A stretch of DNA of 64,000 nucleotides from Mizuhopecten yessoensis (taxonomy: Eukaryota), in NCBI RefSeq assembly GCF_002113885.1, contig NW_018405715.1:169006-233005 (forward strand), read 5' to 3'. The notes under the pieces are model-generated. The model saw only the letters and a list, made by a program, of their open reading frames with translations, had not been told where the DNA came from and did no database searches. The first letter of the stretch is position 1; each line of letters starts with the position of its first letter. Made by a program: the position numbers and the translations under genes. Positions 1-12,559 of this stretch are shown piece by piece.

Positions 1-2490
1 TGGCTTTCAAGACCAACGGTGTGACGGCACTCATAAAACAATAAGCCGTGCCATTTGTCTGATTCTGTCGGTCAACATAGATTTTATGTTCAGTTTATTG
101 TTGTTTTATAACCAAGCTTTATATTTTAAATTTAGTCCATACTTACATTGTCATTTGCGTCCTCTATCCTAAGTAACACCGCTGTCACCTCTGTCTAGGT
201 ATGCCTGATGAGTTGGGTCTTGTCACACGCAATCTCTCCTACTAGGGTTCCTTGCGCTATACTCTATCCACCTCTGCATTTCTTTAAATACAGGGGTCCA
301 TCACATTTATAAACGGTTACAGCCTTAATGTAAAATTATATAGGCCAAAATGATGACTGAATGAACCTTGGGACATGGTGTTTTTTCCATGTTGTTATCG
401 GTTAGTCAGGCCTGTTACATAAAGATCGGCCTATATTCATAGTTTTCAAACAGAAATGTGCAAAATAGAACGATATCAATTACAGGGTCATTTCTGATTT
501 CCCTTATAAGTTACTCTGGATGAAGCACATCCAAAGTGTCTTTTCGGAATTTTCCAAACACTTATCTCTCCGTTTGAAAAATAATCGTTCGCAAGCAATA
601 GTCAAAGAATGGTCCAAGTACCAGCTTTTCAAGCAGAAGTACGTAAAACAAAAATGAAACTTTTCTCTCCCCTTCTCTTAAAGTTCGGGGCATTAAAATA
701 CGCCACGAGATCTAGATCGTTTGAATGTTTTCGGATTTGTTCACAGGGGTGCTGCATAATCATTTACCAGGTTAACCTGTGTACGAAGTGCATGTCCCTA
801 TTAATTACAGTTACGCGGAGATCCGACAGTGAAGTGTTCCACCAGATGTACGGCTGTTTGGTATCGTATGTATGCTGGATATCTCCTCCTACATACCGGC
901 CTCTACTTGTCTGTTTACATTTCTTAAACATATCTTAAACAAAAAAGTTTACGATTCACTTTCAGTGTTGATGCTTAACTAAACGAAAACACGCGTTTCT
1001 CCCACTGTTACTATGGGTCCTTGTCTTGTTACTGTGTATGGGTATATTTGTGAATTACTCGGTCAATTTGATTTTTTACTATTGGTGTAGGGTTAACAAA
1101 ACGTCCTTTTTTGTTGAATACGATTGTTTACAAGTCCGTGACTCTGTCGTTTGGGGATTTAAAAAAAACACACAGATGACAGGATGACAAGCCAAAGAGA
1201 GAATAGAGAAAGAACACTCTACTTACTGCAAGTATAAAGCTTGTTTGACATTGTAATGTCCACCAGGAAACAGGTTTAATAGGCGGAGGGAAGTTGACTG
1301 ACTTACATTTTGTAATGTTTATTGTGATTTAGTTTTATTTTATAAAAGGTTGGATGCATCAAGCCTCATAAAGAAGGGAAATGTTGCGTCATTTATTGCA
1401 AAATCTGGAAATGCAGTAGATTGGGAGCTTTTAAGAGATTCGCAACGATACACGTTTTGAAATTTATCTAACTATCATGTCCCTGGGTAACCTCCGTGTG
1501 TCAGAGATACATATACATTTGTAAACGCATGAAAGTTTGATATGTGGACTTGGCTTATACAAGGTTTTGAATTTGACGTTGTAGATCAATCGATACGACT
1601 GCTGTCATTTTTACTTTCCAGAATCAGAATGAATATATTGATCAAACCAACATGACTGACAATGTGGACCTATTTGAAGTATTTGCCAATATTCCGATGT
1701 ATTTTTGATGTCACTGAGAACGGTTGTTTTGAGATTTTTGTCCTTTACTTTTCTAAAACCAGACCGACGTGCTCATTTATATCGTTGAATCATTAGGCTG
1801 ACCACCATCATCCTCGTAGTCAGGTCCTGTCCACTATGTCTGTTATACACTAACCGTGTCAGCTATCACCGCTGTGACCAACACCAAACTCTGTCCCCTA
1901 TTACCGTTCAGCTTGAGACAGTATCCATCGAACCTTGTATCCACAGCATCCAAAAGCCAGTGCCCTTTATTATACGTCTGTATGAATGTTCTCCTATTGG
2001 CCATCAAAGGGGGATACAGTTATCCACACTTATAGGAGCAAGTTTAGGCTGCTTACTGCTCGGTTAAAAGGTTTATAACGGTGACTCTCTGTATGAATGT
2101 CGCCATCCATTCGTTTGCAAGCGGAAACTGTTTTTATTTGAGTAAATTCGAATATCTATTGCGTAGCGATGTCAGCCAATCAGATCTTGAGTAATCGATA
2201 TACGTTTGTTATTAATGAAGCAGACGTTAGACCTAACAACAACAAAGATTGCTACTTGTTGACAGACGTTTGTTGTATTGCGAAACATAAATGTGAATAC
2301 GTATCGACAAACGCAGGGTGTATTAAACCGTCGAATTTCTTATGAGGGGGAAACATGAAGATAATAATACGCTTATCGTTTTGTTATTTCGGATTAAAAC
2401 ATGTTTTCAGCCCTGCGGCCTTAGTTATTTCATCGGGTTTCTCACTCGGTTTATAGCTCCAATTCCGATGGACAAATGTGCCAGATGATG

Positions 2491-3643
2491 ACTGTCGACT
2501 ATGACCCCTGAGCATATGACAGTATCCACTTACACCCTTTTACGCCTTTCTGTGTTCATTGTCACCGTCGTGTTCCAGACCATTCACTGTTTTCGTTAAC
2601 ACCCTTTTACTCATTCCTGCCAAGGTCGCCCCTATGTTCAAAATACATGTGCACCCTACGACCTATTTAAACGTGTGTGTATGTAATATGTCAGAAATGT
2701 TCACCATTAATCTGAAAAGCTCATCCTGATCACAGTCTGTGCCGTACACGTGACGAATCTCGCGAGAAGACAAATGTTTCCCGTTTTGTTTTAACGCCGT
2801 ACAACTGAAATTTGTAGCCTGGTGTCAGTAGAAACGAATCATTCCGCGTTAGTCTAGCTTGCTCATTGACACCGGGAATATCTGATGTTAATCATTGCTT
2901 GTTTTTGCCAAATCAAATCAAGATATATTGCCGCGAGTTTACTGTATTACAATGACATTGGGTGTGATGAAAGATTGACTGGTCCGCCTCACGTTTACAC
3001 ACTTTTCTGTACGGCAGTTTTCACGCAATCACAACGTATTGAAAATGTTAGGTAAGAAGTTCATTTCAGATAAGGGTATTTTATTTTGGAACTTTTATCC
3101 TCATTCAACGAGAAATTGTTTATTACAATTTAAATCAATTATTGTCATTTGACCAGTGAGATATATTGTCCTATAACACTTAAATAAAAACTGTGAAATC
3201 AGGCCACATAAAATTGACAAATGTGCCATATGATAACTGTCGACTATGACCCCTGAGCATATGACAGTATCCACTAACACCCTTTTACGCCTTTCTGTGT
3301 TCATTGTCACCGTCGTGTTCCAGACCATGTAAATTATCACCTTTAGTTCACCAGATCGTATGTTCACTGTTTTCGTTAACACCCTTTTACTCATTCCTGC
3401 CAAGATCGTCCTTATATACTGAATAAAATGTGTCTTCTGATCTTCTGCATGTTAAAAATTCATGTGCACCCTACGACCTATTTAAACGTGTGCTTATGTT
3501 ATATGTCAGAAATATCCACCATTAATCTGAAAAGCTCATCCTGATCAGAGTCTGTGCCGTACACGTGACGAATCTCGCGAGAAGACAAATGTTTCCCGGT
3601 TTGTTTTAACGCCGTACAACTGAAATGTGTAGCCTGGTGTCAG
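2491..3643 (+). repeat. Local direct duplication: about 2491-2827 and about 3236-3643
   Basis: Both copies run from actgtcgactatgacccctgagc to gtagcctggtgtcag. The second copy carries two extra internal segments. Confidence 0.9.
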
Positions 3644-4356
3644 AAGACACATACACATACAATTATTTCACACAAAGAAATTTTCCAAACTAGGGTATTG
3701 GAGTTATGAAACATATAGAGAGTTTATGCGTGAGGCAATCTGTATTAGGCATGGAAGTGATGAAACCTATAGCAAATGTGGACATAATTCAAATTAGTAG
3801 GTCCAGGAACTGTGAGGAATGAAACCTGTGGAACACAATGGCATGGTAGAGATGACCACCAAGCGTTCCGTAAATAAGTAATAGTATTAGGCAACGATGT
3901 TAATAATTCTCCCGAAAAAAATCCCCGTCTGCACTAGTATTGTTTTTCTTTTCTGTTTTCTCTGTTCTCTTTTTTCTCTGATGTGTTGTAAATCGTACTA
4001 AATGATAAAAAGAAATGCTTAACTATTCCGATGAGTTTTCGAACTACGAAAGTGTCCAAGAAGGCCTATTCGGCGAGCTGGGCCCTCACGAATTCAAATT
4101 TGTATGCAGATTGGGCTAAACAGACTTATACACTGGCATGGAGACTATTCCTAATCGTCTTTTCAGCGCTAATTTTACCCCATGTACAAAACTTAATTTT
4201 ACATGATATACGACTATTTTGTTGTCTAATATAAAACCACATGCCCACATGCCTTATTGGATTTCTTTGTTATGACCTGTCTGTGATACGAGTTTTAGGT
4301 CAATATCGCGGTTCATGAATTTTCATGTATCAAAACCGCCACGTTTTCTTGATATG

Positions 4357-4556
4357 CTAGTTTTGCATTGTCCGCCGATGAGACGACTACGCTGATTGGT
4401 CGGCTGTTCATAAAAAAACGACCAATCGTCTTATCAGCGGACGATACGAATTAGCGTCCAATAGACGACTACGCTGATTGGTCAGCTGCTCATACCAAAC
4501 GACCAATCTTCTTATCAGCGGACGATACGAATTAGCGTCCAATAGACGACTGCGCT
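4357..4556. repeat. About 82-bp tandem duplication with internal inverted repeat
   Basis: agacgact(a/g)cgct at 4381, 4463 and 4544. gattggtc...gaccaatc stems, and tgtccgccgatgagacga pairs imperfectly with tcgtcttatcagcggacg. Confidence 0.75.
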
Positions 4557-5147
4557 AAGAAGTTCAATGTTCGTTTCGTTTATGGAGTCAGTGAGAGAGC
4601 ACCATTTATTCGATATCGATCGTATCAAACTGTACATTTACTTAAAATACTATTAGAATTCTAGAAAATGGCATCCTGGCGTCAAGTACATGTAGTTGTG
4701 CATAACTGAAATTGGCATCGTAACATTTGATAAATTCAACTACTATAAAAATCTACTATTATACCAATACAGGTAAATAGAGATAGGGGACTCATTTATT
4801 AACTATATCATGGATAAGCCTCACCACCTAACAATACGATTGATAAGCTTTGGTGCAATACACATTAAATAAGCTACCATAGTAACCGTGTTACTATAAC
4901 CAGGCAGCCTAAATCTTACTATATAAGCAGAGTTACATGAATTGCCCAATAGGCAACTCCTCAATAAATAACTGATATTGTTTTGCATTAAAACAATAAG
5001 TATCCTTCGTGATGTAACTAGGCCTTCTGATCAGTTGCGACCCAAATTATCAGGAAAGAAACAAAATCTTACATCGTCATATAAAGATAACTTATATCGC
5101 CATAATAGGACATCATATATTGTTACAACTCAAGTGAATTTCTAGCT

Positions 5148-5732
5148 ATTTGATTGGATGGGAGAAAATTAAACAAAAATCTCTGTCACCCTCCGAAAAT
5201 ACATTGGTTTTAAGGGGCGCGGGTGATATTGCCATGAGACAGTATATAAATATGACATTCATTAGCAGGTGACAGTGAATATTTTCAACCCGAGAAAATT
5301 CGCCTCGGGTGACAATGGGTTTTATAGGGTTGACAATATTCACTATCACCTGCTAATGAATGTCATATCTATTTTGTTACACCAAAAGTCTTTGCAGTTC
5401 AGAAACGGCAGCAAACCTCGATCATGACATCTTGTTTGTTGATAGTCTGCTGTTTACAATCGCTATCGCACCGGCACTTGATAAACTTGGCTGTTGCCGT
5501 CAAACGTTCTTGTGACCATCACGGTTGGGAAACGAAGCGGTGAACGCACATTTTTCGCGTATGTGATATTTTTCACTGTCTCATAGCAATATCACCCGCG
5601 CCCCTTAAAACCAATGCATTTTCAGAGGGTGACAGAGATTTTTGTTTAATTTTCTCCCAACCAATCAAATCACTTGAGGTGTAACAATGAAAAATATCAC
5701 ATGCGCGAAAAATGTGCGTTCACCGCTTCGTT
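5148..5732. mobile_element. Fold-back or MITE-like element with three inverted-repeat pairs
   Basis: About 5148-5242 inverts to about 5576-5670. About 5250-5290 inverts to about 5327-5368. About 5531-5575 inverts to about 5688-5732. Confidence 0.7.
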
Positions 5733-5742
5733 AAGCGTATAA

Positions 5743-5925
5743 ATAGCTTTTATCGTCACTTATATTTCGCCTACATGTAAGTCCTTTCTAATAGCCTTTA
5801 TCGTCACTATTATTTCGCCTACACGTGAGTCCTTTCTAATAGCCTTTATAGTCACTATCATTTCGCCTACATTTAAGTCCTTTATAATAGCCTTTATCGT
5901 CACTATTATTTCGCCTACATGTGAA
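5743..5925. repeat. 48-bp minisatellite, about 4 copies
   Basis: Unit tagcctttatcgtcactattatttcgcctacatgtaagtcctttctaa. Confidence 0.9.
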
Positions 5926-6186
5926 TACTTATTTACAGCCGATATCGCGTTTCGCAGATTTTTGGTATTGTTACATGTTAGATTGCATGTCAATCATCAT
6001 TTTTTCCATTCAAAGATTGTTATTTCGTTATCATTAGATCATATTTGCATTGCTGTATGACAGCTATCATATAGACCGACCAACTGAACACATTGTTATA
6101 ATCCAATAGCAACAAGACCTATCATTACACATGAATGTTTTCCAATCGGGGGAAAAAATCATTTATTTCCGTTGGGAATCAATTTT

Positions 6187-6470
6187 GGGGCAGTATTTCA
6201 TGACAGTGTTCTCATGCCCGAACTCAGATTCTGTGCTCAAGTTTAATTTCTTGTTCCGGTGATACAAATTAATAAAGAAAAACTAATAAAGAAAACCACT
6301 TTTTTTCAAATATTAAGAAGAACTTTGAAAATAGATTTATCGCATAATACTGTTTAAGAGTATACACATGACTTTTTGACATTGTCACATGATTCATGCC
6401 AGATCCAAGAAAGTCAGTTTGAGCACTTAGTTTATGCTTGAGCATGAGAACGGTTTCATTAATACGGACC
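6187..6470. mobile_element. Degenerate MITE
   Basis: Imperfect terminal inverted repeats: gggcagtatttcatgacagtgttctcatgc...tgtgctcaa versus ttgagcac...gcatgagaacggtttcattaatacggaccc. Confidence 0.5.
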
Positions 6471-7186
6471 CATTGGTGTTAGTCTAATCCGGACGTTCGG
6501 AAATGATGACGGGCTGTCCTGAATGATTTTCAATCAACGTTTGTCGCCCGTCGGAACTGGCAACCATAGAAACGCAACGTGGTTCCTGCAAAAGTGTCTG
6601 TTCCAACCTTTGGGAAACAATTTCGGAACATTGTTTGTATTTTGATTAAATTGTAACTTGAACCAACCGACTTCACACAGGAAGACGAAAACTGATTACA
6701 TGTAGATGTTTGTTGTTTTAAACGTAATGAACGGATTGAAGTGCATTTTGTATTGTGCCATTTATTTTGGTATGCAACAAATTTGCATTTAAAAATATTA
6801 TGCAAGAAACGTTACCGTGCATCATGGAATATGTTTAAATGGAACTGTGTTGCATGCAAACAAAGTTGAAATGTGTGCCTACCCTCGACTATATACTTAT
6901 CTATAGGTACCCATATCGTCTTTCTTATATGTTTACATTTCCACTGCAAGTTACTCTATAAGCATTACCAGGATAATTTGTGTTCATAGAGCTATGAACG
7001 CAACTCGATCTTAGGCTGTTGCAGGAATCGTGTTTGCGCTGACGACACAGACACTTCAATATCGAAAGTAGAAGGGAATATCTATATTAAGGTCAATATT
7101 AATGCCGGTATGAAATTGAACAAAAATGCCTTTTAAACCATTGATAATAATCTACTAATAGTCTTTTACCCATGTGTGTCTTACAG

Positions 7187-7389
7187 AACCAGGTAAAGTC
7201 ACGCACCCTTCAACTGTCCCCCACTTTATACCACGAGGCTCAGGTCATCATAGAGCTACTCTACCGATACAACTGGACACATTTCACCATCGTGACGTCA
7301 TCAGAGGTCAACAGCTTTGACTTTATCAATGCCGTGACGTCATTGGTGAAACAGAATAATGATTACTTAGGATACCCAAGAAAACCCAG
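7187..7389 (+). CDS. Nmdar2: NMDA receptor NR2/GluN2-like subunit, internal exon (amino-terminal domain); first exon found in the window
   Basis: ttacAG acceptor, AG|gtacgt donor (phase 0 to 2). Encodes NQVKSRTLQLSPTLYHEAQVIIELLYRYNWTHFTIVTS...KPR, matching the NR2 ATD motif LQL.PS..HQ....L..Y.W..F.IVT. Confidence 0.9.
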
Positions 7390-7815
7390 GTACGTTGTGA
7401 CATTTTTGTTAAAGTTGAGTTATCCTTGTTGACCGTTATTATAAACTTCTAGCATAACATATGTCTGCGTGGTAATATCAACCAAATCAAAATTACTCAA
7501 TGTAGTGTATTTACTGATAACGGTTTAAGTACAATAATCAGGATGTACATCGATTCCGGTGTATTGTGTATTGTCTAATTGGTATTCCGTTTGTAAGTTT
7601 GTATACGGGTTTTCCTCGAATGTAAGTAAACAATATAAATTGATAAATTTCGGCCCAAAACAATGATATGCCCCGTTTTAATTTCTGCCTATATATAAAT
7701 GAAGGTGAGCACTTAACACGCTGTCATGATATTTGCAATCATGATGATTTGCCGAAAGTGCAAAAGATTGCCTGTTGCGACATTGCTTGTGTACAGTTCC
7801 ACTTTTGGCTCGTAG

Positions 7816-7941
7816 GTTAACTCTGGTGACGACACTGGTGTACAGCGGAAGTTACGACATAGATCACGTGGATGAAGAGACAAGGGATTTTCTAAAGGAA
7901 AATAATCACAAAGACTCGAGAGTTTACCTTCTACACACTGG
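7816..7941 (+). CDS. Nmdar2: NR2-like exon (ATD), absent from ORF track
   Basis: ttttggctcgtAG acceptor, GG|gtaaca donor, 126 nt, phase 2 to 2, no stops. Encodes LTLVTTLVYSGSYDIDHVDEETRDFLKENNHKDSRVYLLHTG. DSRVYLLH corresponds to the NR2 EARV.LLY strand and fills the gap between the neighbouring exons. Confidence 0.85.
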
Positions 7942-8172
7942 GTAACAGCAAATACATTTTTGAAATGCAAAACTGAAAATGATATGTCTTAGATATTGGT
8001 CATTTTTCGATATTTCCTTATATGTTGAGCCCCTGTTAAAAAACAAATAAATATGGTCAATGGGTGCAAAGTATTATTAATATGATTAAGACATTACAAG
8101 GGTTATATCAGTAAGAAACATTATCTTTTATGTTATGACATTTAATAGTGTGGTCTATTCTTTGTTGGTCAG

Positions 8173-8306
8173 TCGGTTGCACACCTACAGTTTTATGGAC
8201 GCGGCCCAGGACCTAGGCCTTGCGGGACCGGATTACCTGTGGATACTGACGTCATCCAGTATAGGCAGCCCATCCCGTACCACCAAACTACCACTCGGTG
8301 TATTCG
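8173..8306 (+). CDS. Nmdar2: NR2-like exon (ATD)
   Basis: tttgttggtcAG acceptor, G|gtaaga donor (phase 2 to 1). Encodes RLHTYSFMDAAQDLGLAGPDYLWILTSSSIG...LPLGVFG (iGluR A..LGL.G..Y.WI motif). Confidence 0.9.
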
Positions 8307-10767
8307 GTAAGAACTTGTTCTTCCCTGTATTTTCCAACCGAATACAAGACATATACGGTTTAGAGCCGTCCCTTCTCCATTCTCCAATCTATATTGCCAT
8401 TGAGAGTATGCTAGGACCTCAGACCTCCATAGGGTCAGACCTCCATTTGGAATGTTCTATGACGTCAGTCTGCCAGTGTGAGCGTTGTAGAACTTCAAAC
8501 CTCCAGTTGGGTATAATAGGACGTCAGACCTTCAGCTCGGGTGTGATATGTTGTCCCTGTGTCAGTGTGGGACATGTTAGGAGGTCAGACTGTAAATGGG
8601 GACATGCTATAGGGTTTTGAACTGCTAGTGAAGACAGATTGCCGGTTTGGGCGTATAGAGCTACACTGGAACAATAGCCCAACAGTGGGGCATGCTAGAA
8701 AGTCAAACTGCTAGAACCATTTGTATGGCATAATTATATATCAGACTGCCAGTAAGGGTCAGTGGACAGGCGCATGATAGAAAATCAAATGGTTTATAAG
8801 AGGTTGCGAGGGCTTCAGACCATCAGTGAAAGCTTTAATGACATTCGCCTTATCAAAGACTGTATCAAGCGCGGATTGCGGTATTTTAATCAAACTGAAT
8901 GTTTTCAAGTATATGTGGACTACCCGTAGTCAGGGGAATACCCACCTATATATAAATGTTGGCATACTACTTAGAGGAAATAGCCTCATGTAACCAAACA
9001 TGCACAAGTCTTCACTCCCGATTTTATATGGAGCAAAAATTCAACATAGCGGAGACGATATCACACTCGTCGGCCCCTTAGCTTCCTAAGAACTCTCTCC
9101 ACGCGTTCTCAATACCAATTGTATATACACTGCCAACTCGTAATCGTACTATAGAATAGACAATATACATTTACATGCATCATATGACCTGCAATCTGTT
9201 GCTGTAGTTTATCAACATGTAAGGCTAGTTTAGGACTTACAGGAACGGTCGAAGCAATGCGCCACATTTCACATCAATATACAACGTTTCTGTCAATTCG
9301 TTTTTGTAATGGATTCACTAGATAACAGTTGGACAATAGGGTTTAATTTAAATACGACTTCGGGCCGTCTCATAGCGTCTGAGATAACACCAAAGTTACC
9401 TTTGTGGTTTTTTATTACCAGCTTTAATCTAAATGTGACAGTCCCACAACCCTATACAATACAGGAAGAAGAATACTGCTCTCTACGGAGACGGTTTTAG
9501 TCATTAATGATATACATGTAGGAACTGTTTTATTTTACCGAGATTATCACCTGGGCGAGGCTGACATGTGATGGGGAAATTTAAGAGAGAGGAGGGGGTA
9601 AAAGGGGGAGAATTGGCGAACGGGAAGATGGGAAGGGATGACTTTTTACACAGGGGTGTGATTGGAACGGGAGGCGAATGTGGGAATTTTGAGGCACGTT
9701 TGATTCTAAGTATGTTCACTGCGCTCTGTGGTCGATAAACAATAGGCTTCAGTACCACTGACTCCCTATAACGTTAGCTGTTACGAGGAAGTAACTCCTT
9801 AAACAAACAAACGTATATGGTATGAATTAATCCAATAACAACTGCATTGCAAGAGCTTCTAATGTATGGTAGGTTTAGAGACATTATGAGATTTTGAACA
9901 TTATTGAAGACATAACAAGCGATCATATTGGTTCTTTGGTTTATTGTTATCGACGCCATTATAAACGTTTATTTCTTCCGTATAAGGCGCATCCTGATAT
10001 ATATACTCACTTCCTGTTGCGTTTAGAAGTGTGAGAGTAAATGGGAAGAGCTATTAAAATAGCCTCCAGTTCGACGCCAACCGCTTATAATGTTATCTTA
10101 ACTACGTAATAAGGCCCGAGTTTGTTAAGTCTCGTCTAAAGAAGAATAGGAATGAGATATTAGGATACGTCTCATATGTGTCCTACACCTAGCATTTAGA
10201 GCCTCTATTATTAATCTTGTTGATCTTAGGCGGAAGACATTTTTTTGCTTAGTTTATACCATGAAGGCTTTTGTAGACCTCAGTCTACTTGTCATATTCA
10301 GTGATTGTAATCACTCAATGTAGGACGTGTCCTTCAGACTGGGGACTAGCTTAATAGCTGTACTCTGAACGTTTTCAATGACTTACTGACCCTTTGTAAA
10401 AATAGGTGCTCTGACTGAAACGGAACGAGTGTCTGCAGACAGGATCTAACAAAGACGTGATGCTGATTTGATTTTAGTTTATTGTATTATTTGTAACTTT
10501 TTTCTTCGAAAGATCCCTGTGTCGTTTTTTGTTTGTCGTTCCTGATTATCGGAAGGGCGTTTGCTTGGATCAAGGATTTCAGTGTTCTGTTTTCTGGCAT
10601 AATATTTGAAAAAGCTGTCTTATAATTTGATGAACAGTTTCATTAAAATATAATTCCGTATGTTAGGAAGATCAGCTTTTCTGTTTCCCTTGGAAATTGA
10701 TGGCAATGTTACCGTGTATATAATTCTTCCATTTCCAAGTGTTGAATATGACTTCAGCAAAGTTTAT

Positions 10768-11483
10768 GACATACTTAACCAAAGTAAGGACACACTTAGC
10801 CACAGTAAGGACACACTTAGCCACAGTAAGGACACACTTAGCCAAAGTAAGGACACACTTAACCAAAGTAAGGACACACTTAGCCAAAGTAAGGACACAC
10901 TTAACCAAAGTAAGGACACACTTAGCCAAAGTAAGGACACACTTAACCAAAGTAAGGACACACTTAGCCAAAGTAAGGACACACTTAACCAAAGTAAGGA
11001 CACACTTAGCCAAAGTAAGGACACACTTAACCAAAGTAAGGACACACTTAGCCAAAGTAAGGACACACTTAGCCAAAGTAAGGACACACTTAGCCAAAGT
11101 AAGGACACACTTAACCAAAGTAAGGACACACTTAACCAAAGTAAGGACACACTTAACCAAAGTAAGGACACACTTAGCCAAAGTAAGGACACACTTAGCC
11201 AAAGTAAGGACACACTTAGCCAAAGTAAGGACACACTTAACCAAAGTAAGGACACACTTAACCAAAGTAAGGACACACTTAACCAAAGTAAGGACACACT
11301 TAGCCAAAGTAAGGACACACTTAGCCAAAGTAAGGACACACTTAGCCAAAGTAAGGACACACTTAACCAAAGTAAGGACACACTTAACCAAAGTAAGGAC
11401 ACACTTAACCAAAGTAAGGACACACTTAGCCAAAGTAAGGACACACTTAGCCACAGTAAGGACACACTTAGCCAAAGTAAGGA
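10768..11483. repeat. 21-bp intronic minisatellite, about 34 copies
   Basis: Unit gacacactta(a/g)cca(a/c)agtaag, nearly homogeneous. Source of four spurious ORFs in the track. Confidence 0.97.
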
Positions 11484-11764
11484 GTATAGTTATGTAACTA
11501 GATATACCCTTTCAATGACTTAATTCACCAAACAGTGATTTGCGTTTTCTGTGAAGCATGACAGGCTCAATACAAAGTTTCATTGACAACGGAATATATC
11601 GTCGAATTCAATCTAGTAAAGTTTTTACACGCCATAGCGGTTATCATTTTAAGTGTTTTAGTCAATAGTACAACAAAAATATTCTGTGTCAATGTCAAAA
11701 TAAAAGACTGTAGATTGTGAAACGACCATTGCAGTGACAGTAACGTGAAACTTGATGTCCCCAG

Positions 11765-11966
11765 GTATCACGTATAGGGGTGAGTACGGCTCAGACCTAG
11801 AGTCTGCCCTGGTGGCCAACGTAACGAAGAATGCTATCGAGGCTTGGATGGACGCCATGCAGAAGATGAGCAGCTTGGGTTACAGCATGGACCAGCTACA
11901 TCCGGGAGTTTCCTGTAACAACTCCAACAGCTCCACCACGTGGGATGTAGGAGAGGAATTATACAA
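11765..11966 (+). CDS. Nmdar2: NR2-like exon (ATD)
   Basis: tccccAG acceptor, AA|gtgagt donor (phase 1 to 2). Encodes ITYRGEYGSDLESALVANVTKNAIEAW...VSCNNSNSSTTWDVGEELY (SC...W..GE motif). Confidence 0.88.
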
Positions 11967-12411
11967 GTGAGTATTATTCGGAAGTCACGTGACAGGGTAG
12001 CACGTATCCATGGTCAGTGAGTTCTAATGAAAGCGGCATACAACGGCAAACGAGCGGAATTCGGTTTAGATGAATATTATCAAAAGAACATAACAAAATA
12101 ATGAAATTGGTTATGTCATTGATAGTTTACGCATTTCCATCAAGATTTTAATACTAAAGTTCTTACTGAATAAGATTACCTAACGTTAGCACCGTAAACT
12201 AGCACAAAAATGGGATAAGTTCAGTGGTTTACCTCCTCTTCTTAATACTTAAAGCACATATTTGTGAAAGACTGTCAATTACTGTGAACTGAAATACCCG
12301 AGTCAATCGTATTTGACAAAATAGCATACCTTTCTATCGTATTATTTTTTCCCATCAGTTCAGAATATCATACACATATTTAATTGTACTGTAATTTGAA
12401 TTTCCTTCCAG

Positions 12412-12559
12412 TCAGATGCTGGGCGGGGATGCAGCAGGATCGGACTCCGAGTACCCGATAGAGTTCAATGACGTCGGTCTCAACAAATACGTCCACTTAC
12501 AGATCCTTAACGTACAGGAAGTCATGTACAGGGGGCGCCCTCGAGGGCGGCTGACGGAG
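12412..12559 (+). CDS. Nmdar2: NR2-like exon (ATD)
   Basis: tttccttccAG acceptor, GAG|gtaaga donor (phase 2 to 0). Encodes QMLGGDAAGSDSEYPIEFNDVGLNKYVHLQILNVQEVMYRGRPRGRLTE (I.F...G......L.I.N motif). Confidence 0.88.

Noticed and set aside
1-7186. Upstream NR2 exons or promoter, including the 609-938 ORF
   Set aside because: No signal peptide or ATD-like translation with credible splice sites was found. The 5' exons probably lie before the window.
10660-11523. 287-aa SKDTL(S/N)Q repeat ORF and three overlapping ORFs
   Set aside because: The 21-bp unit is a multiple of three and is open in several frames on both strands. It lies in an intron whose flanking exons already join in phase.
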